Shown here: positions 10,913-24,461 of the stretch, one piece after another
Layout of the letters: each line of letters opens with the position of its first letter
Numbering within the stretch: position 1 is the first letter of the stretch
Notes under the pieces: generated by a model
Told to the model about the DNA's origin: nothing
What the model saw: only the letters and a program-made list of their open reading frames with translations
Databases searched by the model: none
Source of the DNA: Podarcis cretensis
Taxonomy: Eukaryota
Length of the DNA: 64,000 bases
Assembly (NCBI GenBank): GCA_951804945.1
Contig: OX638149.1
Span: 70,308,001-70,372,000 of the forward strand
Direction: 5' to 3'
Made by a program: the position numbers and the translations under genes

Positions 10913-13900
10913 ACACTTTAGAGTAAAAAGGAAACCACACCTCTAAACTGGAGATCTGGAAAGAAGAATGTTTCCATTTTATCCATGATTCCTGTTCGAT
11001 TGCCCATATCTTCCTCATAAATTAGAATCTACAAACTATACTTGCTGAACTCAGGAAAAGAAAGCAAACTGATCACAATAAAAGTGTCTTCTCCACTAAA
11101 ATAATAACAGCCTGAAGAGCGCATATTTCTTCTGGCAGAGATGAAGCCTTTGCTTTTGTATGTGCAGTTACTATTTTGAACCCATTACCTCTGTTTACTG
11201 CATAGATCCAATCTATTACCTTGCTCAGCTTCAGTTTTGTTTCCCCCCTAGGCGGCTCCACAGTTATAATGGTTTTCTTTTTTTAATTTATTGGCTCTGC
11301 CATCAAGGACTTTTCAAATTGCTGTTGCCGTTATTTGCCACCATAATACCCCCTCCTTACTTAATTACATTGTTTTATTTCGAGATCAGAAACTTTATTG
11401 TCTCTTTAGAGGGTTGTGTTGTGACACACTTTACTGACTTCCAAGTTTTGTTGTCTCTTTTCTGCCATTTTAGTTTAGGTTGTCTCTTTTTCAGAGTGAA
11501 AGAAACAGATCACCTAGAACCAGAAGGAAAGTGAAACATATAAATAAAAAGTAAAATATGCTAGGTTCAATCCATCTCACCCTGTGGAGATTAACAGGGG
11601 TACCTAACCTACATCAGTTTAGGGATCTGGATGGTAAAGGCACTTTGTTTACCACATGTTATAATTAATATACTTGGATGGCTTGACTAACACATTCTTG
11701 TTTATTATTAATAATATTTTTCTCATTATTTAAATGTCTATAGCCCATCCTTCATCAATACTGGTATCAGGGTGGGAGTCAACATGAAAAAAATTACTCA
11801 GTAAGTTTATACATGAACATCAGTAAAACAATAAGGAGACCCATCAAAAAGGGGCAGATAAAAAGAGCAAATAAGGCTTTAACAGTAAGAACCCTTAGAT
11901 TGCTTGAGGAAACAAATAGTTGTAACTGGAAAGACAGCAGCATTGGGGCCTTGACAACTTTGTCAAGAGAGAGTATTCCACAAACAGGGTGCCACCATGA
12001 AAAAGGCTGCGTCACACATCTCCCTGAAATTAGTCATTCCTATCAGTGGAACACAGAGAAGAATGACAGAGCAGGGTATTGTTTATTGTCACTATTCCAT
12101 GGAGTTTCCACATCGTCAATAGGCACTTTAGGAACAGGTAGCAGAGGAAGGTTTATGTGAAATGAGGGGAAAGCACATACTGAATTACTAGTATGGGTGT
12201 GTGAGGGCCAGTTGCACTTCATAATCACCATGTGGCAATTGCAAGGGATAGATGTCTCCATTCACTGAACCAGTTATGATTATTTTGCCACAATCCTAAA
12301 CTCATGTTTTACAGTAGTGGCCATTTTGCAGTTCCATCACAAAGGCTTTCAAGAGCTACTACACACTGCCCATGAACTAAGCAGGGAGCATTTCATCATG
12401 TGCCGATTATAAATTCAGCTCACCAAGTCTCAAATCACATTTCAGCCCACTCCCAGGATGGATCCCAAACCCTGGGGAACAGTCATTGCTCCCTATTCCT
12501 TGGGAAACCTAGGGTAGATTTACACTCGTGGTTTACAACATAAATAATGGTTTTCGTAACATATAGAGGAACACATTATGTTCTGCCTCTAGTGTTCATA
12601 ATGTGTTATTAGAATGTGACACTAGAGGGTGCTGCAGAGCAACCAGCAGCGCTTTGACAGAAGAAAACCCACAGCAAGGTAAGAAAAACGTTTTAATTTG
12701 CAAGTATGACCTTTTTAATAACGTTTAATAACGTTAAACAGGTCAGTGTAGATCCAGCCCTAGTCAAAGAAAGGAACTGTAAGGATGTTATTGCCACAAG
12801 GGCATGACCCAAAAGTACTTGCTGCAGCGCCCTTGCTGAGACTAAGCAGGTTTGGGTCTGGGATTTGGTCTGAACCAGAAACCTCAACAAGCAACTGCCC
12901 AGGAACCCCTACAGTGCTGTCTGTTCAATGGGAAAAAGACGGGTTCCAAATGAATAAATGCAAAATGTAGAGACTATTCTGAATAAATAAACCAGCGAAA
13001 TATCTTAGTAACTGATACGTTCGGTCTGTAGTAGTACAGTAGTACGTTCCATCTTTCTAGTAAACCTTTAAAGCTGAATCATACACAGAAGTTAGAACGA
13101 TTATGTGGCTGTGCCAGACCTGCTTGAATTCCAAGCACTGTTGTTTACCCGATACATTTGTGATATATTTAAGTCAGGCTCATGCTGCCAGCCCCTCTTT
13201 GGCACGAAAACATCTCTACCATTCGTCAGAGCTGCACACAGACTCATTTCTCATCTGGAATTGCAAGGAAAGATGCCACCTTGTAGGTTATTCATTAAGA
13301 ACTAGATTGGGGCCACAAACTCATTTCAGGTATGCCAGTTAAAGGCCATTACACTGATAGTGACTCCGAGGCACATTCACATTCCAGCCTTGCTTGCAAC
13401 TGACCTTGACGCAAACCTTCTGCAGGTAGATAAGCTGCCTCTTGAGTGATTCAATCCCATTTCACAGGCATTCTTGGCCTATACTATATCTAGTTAGACC
13501 TATGGCAATAAGTCCTTCCACATATTTATTATATATCTGCTGTACAGGATGTTATAATTTTGTGGATACAGTTGGGAACATCTGAAAAGTTCACAGAATA
13601 TTTATTTGAGCGCTCTGTATTCAAAATACATTTTATGTATACCTTGGGTACAGATGCAAATTAGAAGATTGTCATTGCTGAGCAAGAATCAACCAAACTC
13701 CCAAACACTTAAAACAAAAACAAAAAAAAGGATGTTCTGGAAACAAATAGGAAACTTCACACTATATTTGGAAACTATTATGCTTGTTTATGCAGGCTTT
13801 TATAATCCACATTGCCATGAGCTCAGTTTGAAAGCAGCACTCTATGTTAGTTAGCACACTTAATGAAAAATTCTGCTGCTCATAAATGCAACTGTTTCAG

Positions 13901-13979
13901 TGATTCTTTGGTGGTGGGGGATGCTGTGAAACAGGACCACTAGAGCGTTGTACTAAATTCCCTTTATCCCTAAAACAAA

Positions 13980-14141
13980 GGAACATGAGAAGATGCCAAC
14001 TGAGGAAGACCATTGGTTCATCTAGTTCAGTACTGTTAGGGCCTCTCCAGGAATTCAGACAAGGTTCTCACCCAACCCAACCTGGAGTTCCCTTCTACAT
14101 CACCTGGAAGCAGATACTCCACCACTGAGCAATGGCCCTTC
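13980..14141 (-). mobile_element. Degenerate Squam3-like tRNA/CR1-tail SINE
   Basis: The reverse complement of a tRNA-like head (CCACTGAGCAATGGCCC) and tail resembles the + strand copy at 51114. Confidence 0.55.
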
Positions 14142-14707
14142 TCCAAAACCAGAGTTTCCCAATACTAGAGAAGAGCTAGAATTCACTACCATACTTTCTG
14201 TGGGTCTTCTAGTCCATATGACAAAAGTACTCAGTCAGACATATCTGGTGGTTCTATAATGCTATTTTAAAAATTCCTGCCATTCAAGGCTCATCACAAT
14301 ACAACCGTGAATATCACATTGGTGCATTATACAGTGTTCACAGCTTAACTTTTAAAACTTTGTGTGGGTGTTCAAAACATTTTCTCTGCATTCCTTTGTT
14401 TAAAAAACCCTAAATAAATCATTAAATAACAGCAATGGTTCACATACAGGAGACCAAACCATAATAAAATGCCAACGTGAAAAATACAAGTAGCAAAAAA
14501 AGCAAAAATCATTCACGACAGAAGCAATATCTGGATCAGTCAGACATCAAGGACACTTGAGAATTGATAGTGTACTGTGTATGGTCAAGGTAAATTATAT
14601 TTCTCTTTTGAAACTATTTAATAATATTTTGATATGTCACCATGAGTTCTGTAAAAGCAGCCTAGAAAATCATACTTATGAAAGAATATTTCAATCTCCA
14701 ACATCCA

Positions 14708-14738
<31 letters not shown>

Positions 14739-15524
14739 CATTGCATTGACTTAAAAACAAAACCACAATCAGCATGATTTGTTAAACATATTAACTGTGC
14801 AGTCTTGTGCATGTCTACCCAGAAGTAAGCATCACTGTGTTCAGTAGGATTTACTCCTAGGTAAGTTTGAGGCTGCAATGCTATGCTCATTTTCCAGGGA
14901 GGGGAGTCCCATTAAGTTCTGTGAGGCTTACTTCCAAGCAGGTTTGCACAGGATGGCACTGTTTATTTAATTTGTCTTATTTAACAAATTTTATATACCA
15001 CTTTCTCAACAGAAGACCTCTAAGCAGTTTGCAAAGCATTTCCAGCAGTGCTGAAGAAAGCTTCCAAGCTAGTGGTACTAACAAATAAATTTCCAAAATT
15101 GCAAGCTCTCAAAAAACTACACCGAGTATCCCTTAGTTTACCCTACCTTTCACTTAAGCCAAGAGAACTCTCAAGTTCCTCTTCCCCTTAGGAAGTGCTG
15201 TAATTTGGAATTTATATGATGTGATTTAATTTGATGAGATTGGCCAGTTGATAAAAATTATTTTTTTTAAAAAAAAAGGAAGTGCTGTCACCAATTAAGG
15301 GAGACACATCAATGCTTTTGTGATATTGGTAGTCATTATACAAATCCCTTACCTTTTTGTTTAATTGGTATGTCTAGCAGCCAACATACCTCACACTGTG
15401 GAAAGGGAGAAAGACTGATATGCTTAACAAGCCTAGAAACAAATTATAAAAGAATACATGATGGCATTCAGAGGTAGCCTAAAACTAGAATTGGTACTCT
15501 GCAATACAGGTGAGTAACACCACA

Positions 15525-16220
15525 GGCTACAGTAACACCATATATTTAAAGCACTATAAGATCACTTTAAATAGCTATGGCTTCCCCCAAAGCATCATGG
15601 GAAGTGTAGTTTGTTAAGGGATCTGAGAGTTATTAAAGGTAAAGGTAAAGGTACCCCTGCCCATACGGGCCAGTCTTGACAGACTCTGGGGTTGTGCGCC
15701 CATCTCACTTAAGAGGCCAGGGGGCAGCGCTGTCCGGAGACACTTCCGGGTCACGTGGCCAGCGTGACATCGCTGCTCTGGCGAGCCAGAGCCGCACACG
15801 GAAACGCCGTTTACCTTCCCGCTGGTAAGCGGTCCCTATTTATCTACTTGCACCCAGAGGTGCTTTCGAACTGCTAGGTTGGCAGGCGCTGGGACCGAGC
15901 AGCGGGAGCGCACCCCGCCGCAGGGATTCGAACCGCCGACCTTTCGATCGGCAAGCCCTAGGCGCTGAGGCTTTAACCCACAGCGCCACCTGCGTCCCCT
16001 GAGAGTTATTAGTTGACTCTTATTCCCCTTACAGAGCAACAGTTCCCAGAGTTCGCTGTGAAGGTGAATTGATTGTTAAACCACTCTTGGAGGGGGAAAG
16101 GGGGTCTCCTCAAAACTCCAAACACCCCTAACAAACTACAACTCCCAGAATTCTTTGGGTGAAGCCATGACTGTTTAAAGTAGTATCATAGTGCTTGAAA
16201 TGCACAGTGTTAATGTGTCC
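15525..16220. mobile_element. Long-TIR palindromic MITE (possibly Harbinger-like), interrupted by a Sauria SINE
   Basis: Roughly 95-bp imperfect inverted arms, 15525-15620 vs 16126-16220 (e.g. ATGGCTTCCCCCAAAG / CTTTGGGTGAAGCCAT and GTAGTTTGTTA / TAACAAACTAC). Confidence 0.7.
15636..15998 (-). mobile_element. Sauria SINE (young)
   Basis: Minus-strand head GGGACGCAGGTGGCGCTGTGG, B-box GGTTCGAATCC and (ACCTTT)n tail. 13-bp TSD CTGAGAGTTATTA (15623-15635 / 15999-16011). Confidence 0.92.
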
Positions 16221-19200
16221 ATAAAAATCCACCCCACAAATTGTCTGAAGAAGTAACTCTGCTACTACTAAATGGGGGTGCTATTGAATAGGGCAAAAAC
16301 ATAATATTGGAGATGAAAAACAGCTCCTGTACTTTAAATATTCTCAATACCACGGGTAGAGCTCTATGCATTTACCATTGTACATATGTAGACCGTTAAA
16401 TATATGCACATAGAGTCAGCGGCAGCAGGAGAGAGAGAGGTTTATAAACAATCCAATTAATAATGTTTGGTAAAGGGTTTTTTTTACCCCAAGTTAATTA
16501 ATTTGCAATTCAGAGAAGTAGAAGCTGGACAATGTCTCTAGGTCTGATGTTCTGCTGTTGATAGCCTCCTGCGAGTGTGATGGCTGCGCTGATCATTAAA
16601 CTCCAGAATTTGCTTTTGTTTCCTGTTTTGTGCTTGACTTCCTACGTGGCCAAGGTCTCGCTCTTCAGCTTCCTCATCAATTAAATAAAAGAGGGAACAA
16701 GCATAACCCTGTCACACAAAGCTAGAGGATAAGATGGATAAAAGATCATAAGCAATTCAGTTACCAAGACGACAGAAACCTTAAAAGCTGCAACCGGATT
16801 ATATTTTCCCCCAGTGTTATTCTGTGCTTTATCTTATAAGTGCTTCTTCTCAGGCTACTCCAGAAACTAATAGCTTTTCCCAAGAAAATCTTTCCTGATA
16901 CCGTTCTGCATTTTGTCTCTGAGCATCACCTGACCCCACTATTCTTCACATTTGGCTCTACTTAAAAAAACAAAACAAAAAACCCATGCTACACACACTG
17001 TGAGACAAATCAACTCCTATCACTCTCCTCTTATATCAAATCCCAATTGGAATTTAGGTTCCAACATCGGGTAATAGCAGTATGGACTTTCAAGATACCT
17101 TGGCCCAGTCACTTTGAGCTGATTAGATTCTTACAAGCACAAACTCAGAACAGCAGGTTACCTTCCTAATATCGCTAACTCTATGTGACAAGGCCATTTC
17201 CCAAGCACTTCTAACCTGCACAATTCGTATCATGACCCATACCTGCTGTAAATCCCTATGGAAATATGCCCGTGTTGGGCAGGAAGCACTATTGTGTCAT
17301 CACAGTCAGGCACCATACTACAGTTGCTACCCACAGTGCAACAAGATCACTTATCCAGGCCTGTGTTTTTCCTCAGAGCTCACTAAGTCTTTATCTTGCT
17401 TAAGGCATTAAAGAAAAGGTCATTTCCAGACAAATGGTCCATATTCTGATACCTTGTTGCAATGCAAATTAGTGCTGTGCTGGAAATTTATCCCACTTTT
17501 TCCTGACCATTTGCCATCAGTTAATGAGAAAAGAAATTGCATTCAAAATTGGGAAAGTGGAAAGAAAATGATGGTGAAATTCTCCTGGGGGGCAGGGGAG
17601 AGACTGGTTTATTGGTGCTCATTTGATTGCACTGTTTTGCATAAAATCAATTTTAAAAATTTAAAAAATTAAATGTTGACATTCTCATGGATGCAGGTAG
17701 AGAATGGGGAGAGATTTGATTCAGTTCACAAATTTAGGTGAAACTTCCAAAACAATACATGATCCAAAACACAGCCATCCTTTGAAATTTGCACATCTCT
17801 GAATTTTGCAGTGCTGTTCTCCACCAAACGCAGGTATAACCCATTGCTATATATCACTTTCAAAAGGCTGCAGATCCTCAGTGGGAGAGTTGAAACAGGC
17901 AGTGACCACCAATATGGGCAGCTAGCTCATTACTGGGAACAGTTTGGATCACAAACACACAGTAATAAGGTTTTCTTAAAGTTTTATAATGAGTTATGAA
18001 TTTCCCCGGCACTATGCATTCTGTGTTTGTTGATGCTTTTATGTTATAAAGGGCTGGAAGTTTTAGTTCCTGAGTGCCAATCCATCTGAGGGAAGGGCTG
18101 CTGAGATGAGGTGAAGAGGTCATTTCCCCTCCAGTCACAGCATTTTAAAAAAATCAAGCTTCATTAGGGGTTTTGTGGTGACACAGCCCTAAAGACAGAA
18201 CTTGGGAGGACAGTGCTCTGTTTTATTAATGTTATGACACTTGCATAAATTACATCATTTATGTAAAATCATTTTTCTAGAAAAAGAGGTGCCGGACCTC
18301 ACCACGAAGACCTTCCTCGTTCTCTTAGAATGGCAATGGTGCCCACCTGAGAGGGGCAGGAACTGAGTTCTGGTAAGTTTCAGCTGAAAAAAAGACCTGT
18401 GTGAAATCCTTATATACGTACTGCTGCTTGACGTTTTCTGTAATTTACCCATGTGCTGTGAGAGGTCCTTCAGAGAACCTTAATAAAGATTTCTGATAAA
18501 CTAAGGAACATTCAGAACCATCCAAAATAAATTTTAACAAGTTCACACATATTGCAGAGTTACAAAACCATGCATATATTAGTGAAAATAACATATTATA
18601 TTGGGGGAAATTGCTTTGCTAAGATGTGTATATAAGGGGCAACTGCATACAAAAATGTGTATATAGAGAGAAATTCACAATAAATACTGATGAATTTTCA
18701 TGAGGACCAGATATAGATATAGATCCAGGTTTCCTTTGTTTGTTTATTTTATATTTCTATACCACCTTTTATCCAAAGATCACAAGGGAGGTTCACAATA
18801 TAAAAACCACAAAAATCTATAGCATAATAACGAGCAAAAACAATACCCACAAACACCGTGTTGTGCTACCCTTCTCTGTGTTGGCCAAGAGGCTATTTGC
18901 AGGTGTTCTTTCTTTCCTTTTACAAATCATCAAATCTGCACTGTACGGCCTTTCCAGATACTCACACTTCAATCAAAGCTCAGAGGAAGACATGTTGAGC
19001 TAACACACCCCACAAGGCTTTTTCAGATCAGGAACTAGAGGCAGCCAAGGGGGCTTCACAGGACTGGAGAATGTTTACAAGAAATAAAAACACACCACCT
19101 TTGGCCACCTCACAACAACAGTTTAAGCTCAAAACTCCATACCCATCAACATTTAAAAATAAATAAATCTCGAAATTCTCAAGTGCCCTGAGAATGCAGC

Positions 19201-22200
19201 AGAAAACTGATCCTCTTTCACAGAAGAATAAAAAAAAATTAAGACCAATTTCAGAACAACTGAGCAAACAGGGTGTTAGGGGCTTAGGTTCTGATTTTTT
19301 GTTTGTTGTATTTTTTAATATACTGGCCAGATAACTAAGTTGTCTGGGTGCTGTACAAGCACCAGTCAAAATACAATCTGAAATGTAAAACAATAAAATC
19401 ACCAATACAAATCAGCAGAGAAGAAATAATCTGAAAAGCAACATAATTGCAGCAGCATAAAATGCATTTTAAACCAGCATAAAGCCAGCAAGAAGAAATC
19501 AACTTGGTGGACAAATTCAAAAACACCCAACAAATATGTTATAATTAATTATCATTCATTATAACTATAAAGGCCTGGGAGGTGTGTTTTTTTAAATAAT
19601 TGTCTTCACTTAGCATCAAAAGTACCACAACATGGGTGCTGGGCAAGCCCCTCTGGAGAGAGCACCACCAAGAAGGCCCCCTCACCAGTAATCGTTATGC
19701 ATGAGAACCTGGAGATGGTCCTCCAATGAAGATCTGAAGGTCAGCTTCCAATTCACTTCCGCTGTTTCTGTGGCCCATTATATCCATTTGGTATACCCTC
19801 TCTGGTCCATTCACAATCTGCTAGGGACAAGGACTGTCTCACACTACACATAATACAAAGCTCAGTGGAGCGGAAAACTTAATGGGACAGAAAGTACAAG
19901 TCCAATGAGAAGAATGAAACAAGTGCACAATCGAAAGAAAGAGAAATAGGATGAGGAAGAGAATATTTGCATCTAGTATCCTTCATGCGTGTCACATCAT
20001 TAAAATTCTTCTTGGAACAATAATGGGTGGAGAATAAGTTGACCTTGTCTATATATATTAGATGAGGAGTGGGGAACTTAGAGCCCTCCAGATGTTACTG
20101 GACTTCAGCTGGAATCTGAAGGGCCACAAGTTCAGCACTCAGGTATTAGACAGCTATATAGACAATGTGCAGTATTCACAATAAAAATGGAGGGGTGATG
20201 CCTTAAAGCAGAGTACTCACTTTTTTCTGTGATCTTTTTCTGCTGTGTGTGAGATGTGGTTTTGTTTGTGCATGTGTGGGTATGGTTGTGTATTTACTCC
20301 AGGAAAAAATATAAGTTGGAGCTGTTGTTTTTTTAAAAAAATGGAAGTGTCAGCCGTTTTCTTTTGCCACACTGCTTGAGCAAGAATCCAATAGCAACCA
20401 AGTCAGTATGCAACTGCCTCTGCAGTCTTCAAGCAGGGTTCAAAATTAGGCACAACAAGCTCCCTCATCCCTAGTCAGAATGCTAATCAATAGTTTTATT
20501 CAGTGCCGGCAGGAAGAGGCAGGAGGAGAGACATTAGAAAACGCATCCAACTGCATCAACTCTTACAAAGGTTAACATGAAACTCAAATCCTTTTTAGCT
20601 GGGATGCAAATGAGGCCATTACAAGTGCAAAAACAATGGCACTTCACTGTTGAATGTAAAGAGCTTGCCAGCCTTATGCTTTCCCTGTATGACAACAGCG
20701 CCCTATTTAATAGCCAACCTATTGATCTGAGAATTTCAAAACTTAATTAACACTGAGACTTCCTCTCAGATTGTCGGGGCAGGGTGAGGAGAGAAAGAAA
20801 CTCCAACATTCTGATAGGCATCTGCATTTGAACTTCTTCAAAATGTTTTCTACTATTCCAAGAAATTCCAAGCAGAATTTCTTCCTAGGATATTATTCTT
20901 GGGGTGTTTTTTTTTGGGGGGGGGAGTATTCACATTTTATATTCTCCAAAGCTACAAAACTACTGTGTACAGCCCAGGGAGCTCTTTCACCCTCTTCAAA
21001 GCAGACAAAAAGAATCAGGAGCCAGCACAGCCGTCAAAAGTCCATGTTGGAATGTGAGTGAGATAATTTCTACTCTCAGACCCGAAATCACAGGACAAAC
21101 AGAAAAAAAAGCGGGGCAAAGAGAAGTGTGGGTGACCCCTTTTTGAGGTGCCTATATGCTTTACATATTCTAGCACTGTTGTTCTTTTGTAGACAATATG
21201 CAAGCTTTTGGGTATAAAGCTTACAAGTTTTATTAGCTACGTGATGAGTATTTAAACATAAAATGCACATACATAGTCACTAAGGCAAACTACAAAGCAT
21301 TCATGAATAACCCTTCCCAGACTGTTTCATTCTTACAATATGTTCTATCTGCTGTCAAGGATGAGACATGACAGCGAATGATTACCCTTGGAGCTGGAAC
21401 CTCTCTGTTTCCATCATAAAGTTGGATCTCTCTTTGTGTTGGGATCTTAGTCTACCTATAACAGTGCTCTAGTCTCTTGTATTTATACTGTTGTGCCTGC
21501 GAATACAAAAGACAGCCATGTCTCCATGGTCAGCCAGGGGAAGAACCAATGGCATCATCCCATACCACTGCCAGGTGCATCAAAGGGTTGGCAAGCCGCC
21601 CTCCTCACTATCAATGTGAGACTATGAGCTACTGCCATTTTTATGGTTTTGGAACTTCAAAGCCATGAGAGACGTGGCAATTAGCCAAGATACCAGACAT
21701 ATTCATCTAATACATCCTTATATAAAGTTAACCCTTTAAGGTCCAACAAATTGTAATAGTTGACTATTAAGCAGATTCAGGCCCCTACGCAGGCCTTAAA
21801 TTATTGGATGCCACCTACCTCCTCATGATCAAAAACATTTCCATGGATTTTCAAGACAGGTAAAGTTCCAAGTAACACAGCAGATTCAAAGAACACACAC
21901 AAAAGCACATAGAAAGGAATCATTGAGGGGGGCGTTCCTAGCTCTTCCACCACCACCACCGCACTCACAACACGCACACACACATCCATTCAATGTAAGG
22001 AAGGGTGTAATCTGAAGACCTCCCCCATACTTGGTGTATGGCTAAACCACAGATACAGTTATAGAAATATAGCATTCACTAAAATTCCGAATTTGTGGCT
22101 TCCCCAAAATATTGAGATGAGGCGGAATCTTGAGGACATGCAAATACAATGCCTGGCCAACCAGCAGCCAGAAAAGAGAAGTCACCATAGCTTCTAACTC

Positions 22201-24284
22201 AAAAAAATATCTGGAATGTCATATAGATGCCATGTATTTGCAGCTTTCTATTTGGCTCTCATTTCAGACACCAGTTACCTTGGAGTGCACAACGTATTGT
22301 TATTTCAATGCCTTACCCATGCTTCAGCAATTTAAAATACAATATGTAAAACTAATTATGATTATTACTATTATTAAATTATCCACCCTTTGCCCTAAGG
22401 TCCCAGTGTGAGTAACTGCAGCATTAAAACATAATATTAAAAATAGCTTAAAACAACTTACAATCATAGAAGATGGGTTCTTATAACCCACAACGGAGTT
22501 GCAGAACCACACAAACTTTACTCCAAAAAGCTTCCAGTGGCCTAACAAAGATGATGTCATGCAAAGAGATTTCTGCAAACCAGAACCTTCCAGTTCCTAT
22601 TATCCCAGTTCATGCCCAATGGAAAATAGGTTTATTTACATTAGGAGTGGGGGATGCGGTTCCTGACCATTTTAGAAGAAATTATCTTCTTCCCTATGTC
22701 AGATAAATGACACTGAATGCCCCTCATTATTCTTTTCTTTGCCACACTCACTCAGTGTGACTTTTATCTTCTGCATAAGTAGCTAGCTGTGTATTTCATA
22801 GCTTCCACCACTTACCCATACTTCAAAAGAGACTTTTCAGGACACAGCAATAATAAGACTGGTGTTAATGATTCTGAACTGGAATCATTGCAAATGTATG
22901 TCTTTCCCTGCTACAAGGACATCATTACAGTACAGACTACACAAAGGCCTTTATGAAGTTTTTGAAACCATGTTGTCATTTGGTTTTAACAATGGCCAAT
23001 CTATGCCAAGCAGTGGCCCTGGTGGGAGTTTTCCGTGCAAGCTGTTTGTTTCGGCAGATGAACAGTTTACTGTTTAGCTCCGTCATGTCACCTGCTGAAG
23101 TACTGGAACCGGCACCCTTCTCAATAGAACAGCTTGTATAGGGAACATTTCCAAAGCCATCATCAAACAAAAGGGGAAACTAGCTATGAACTACACGGAA
23201 GATAAAAGTCACACAGTATGCGTGAGTGAAGAAAATAAGAATGGTAAGCAATAGCTGGCACAGTGACATTTGTCTGAGATAGGATAGACAGTAAATCCCA
23301 TTAAGGAAGCGAACAGAGGAAAATAATGTAACAAAGCATCAAACTGTGAGTCCTTTTTGGCTTATCCTGAAGAGCATCAAACAAAGCTCTGTGCACAGTT
23401 TGCAAGAACTGTTTTTTTTTCTTTTAAATCTCAGCACCTTTCCTGAGGAAATGTATTTTCAATTAATAACTCTCCACCTCATTGCCGTGACTTGTGTGAG
23501 GTGCTTTTCTGCAGAAAGTGGTTAGATCGCTGGTGTACACTCAAAAACTATTAGCAAAGCTGCCCCAAAGTGCAGGGCACAGCTTGATCAGCTAATTGGA
23601 CTTTGAGAACACTTAGGAATTAATGGACAACCAGGGAGATCACAGGGATTGTTGGCATCAAGTGTGGTTTTCTAGGACAAAGTCTGACCAAGTGGAATCA
23701 GGGCCTGTGTACAAACACTTCAGCTACCTCCAGCAACAGAGAACCTTGTGAATTTTGCTTGGAATTTATTATCAGCTTATGATACCCTACCAGTTGGTTG
23801 GTGAGGACAAGAAAGAAAGACTTGTCAGTCACCAGCAACTCCTGCAGCCAAGCTGGTGCCAAATGTATTGCTCTGCTTTCCTTTGGACCCCATCAGCAAG
23901 GCCAAGAAAAGGGCTTTGCCATCTAGGCAGCCCAGAACCTCCATACACCCTGAAGCGTAGGTGAGTTCCCATGAGGCAAGACACAGTGATAACAGCATGA
24001 AACTTTACTGAACTACAGAACTGGACAACAAGGGCAAAGCAACTGCTTATATACATTTTTTAAGGCCTGTGCCACTCCACTCCCAACATGATTAGCTGTC
24101 TAAACTTCCAAGCTTCGAATCATGACTTGGAGCTTAAGGGCCAATGGCAGAGGCCCAAATCCTGAAATATTGTGATTGGATATCATTTATCGAATCAGAA
24201 CACAGGGGCTCAGAATCCTTAGTCCAGATTCAAGCTCAGGCAAACATAGACCACTGAATACATAACACACACTGCCCAGGGATT

Positions 24285-24461
24285 CACTGGTGGAGGAAGA
24301 GGAGTGCGGGGGGAGCAAACCGCCCCCGGCAGCGTGATCCCGGTGGGGGGCCATCACGGCTGCCCCCCCACCCGCACTGGGCGCCATGCCCCTGCAGGCG
24401 GCGTGCCACGCCCCCGCCTGCTCTCTGCCCCCCGGTGCCGGAACATGAAGCTCTGCCACTG
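24285..24461. mobile_element. GC-rich hAT-like MITE
   Basis: Imperfect TIRs CACTGGTGGAG / CTCTGCCACTG and similar flanks CCAGGGATT / CCAGGCTT. Confidence 0.5.

Noticed and set aside
24285-24461. CpG-island-like patches (also 49016-49388)
   Set aside because: Bounded by TIRs and TSD-like flanks, so better explained as MITEs than as promoters.
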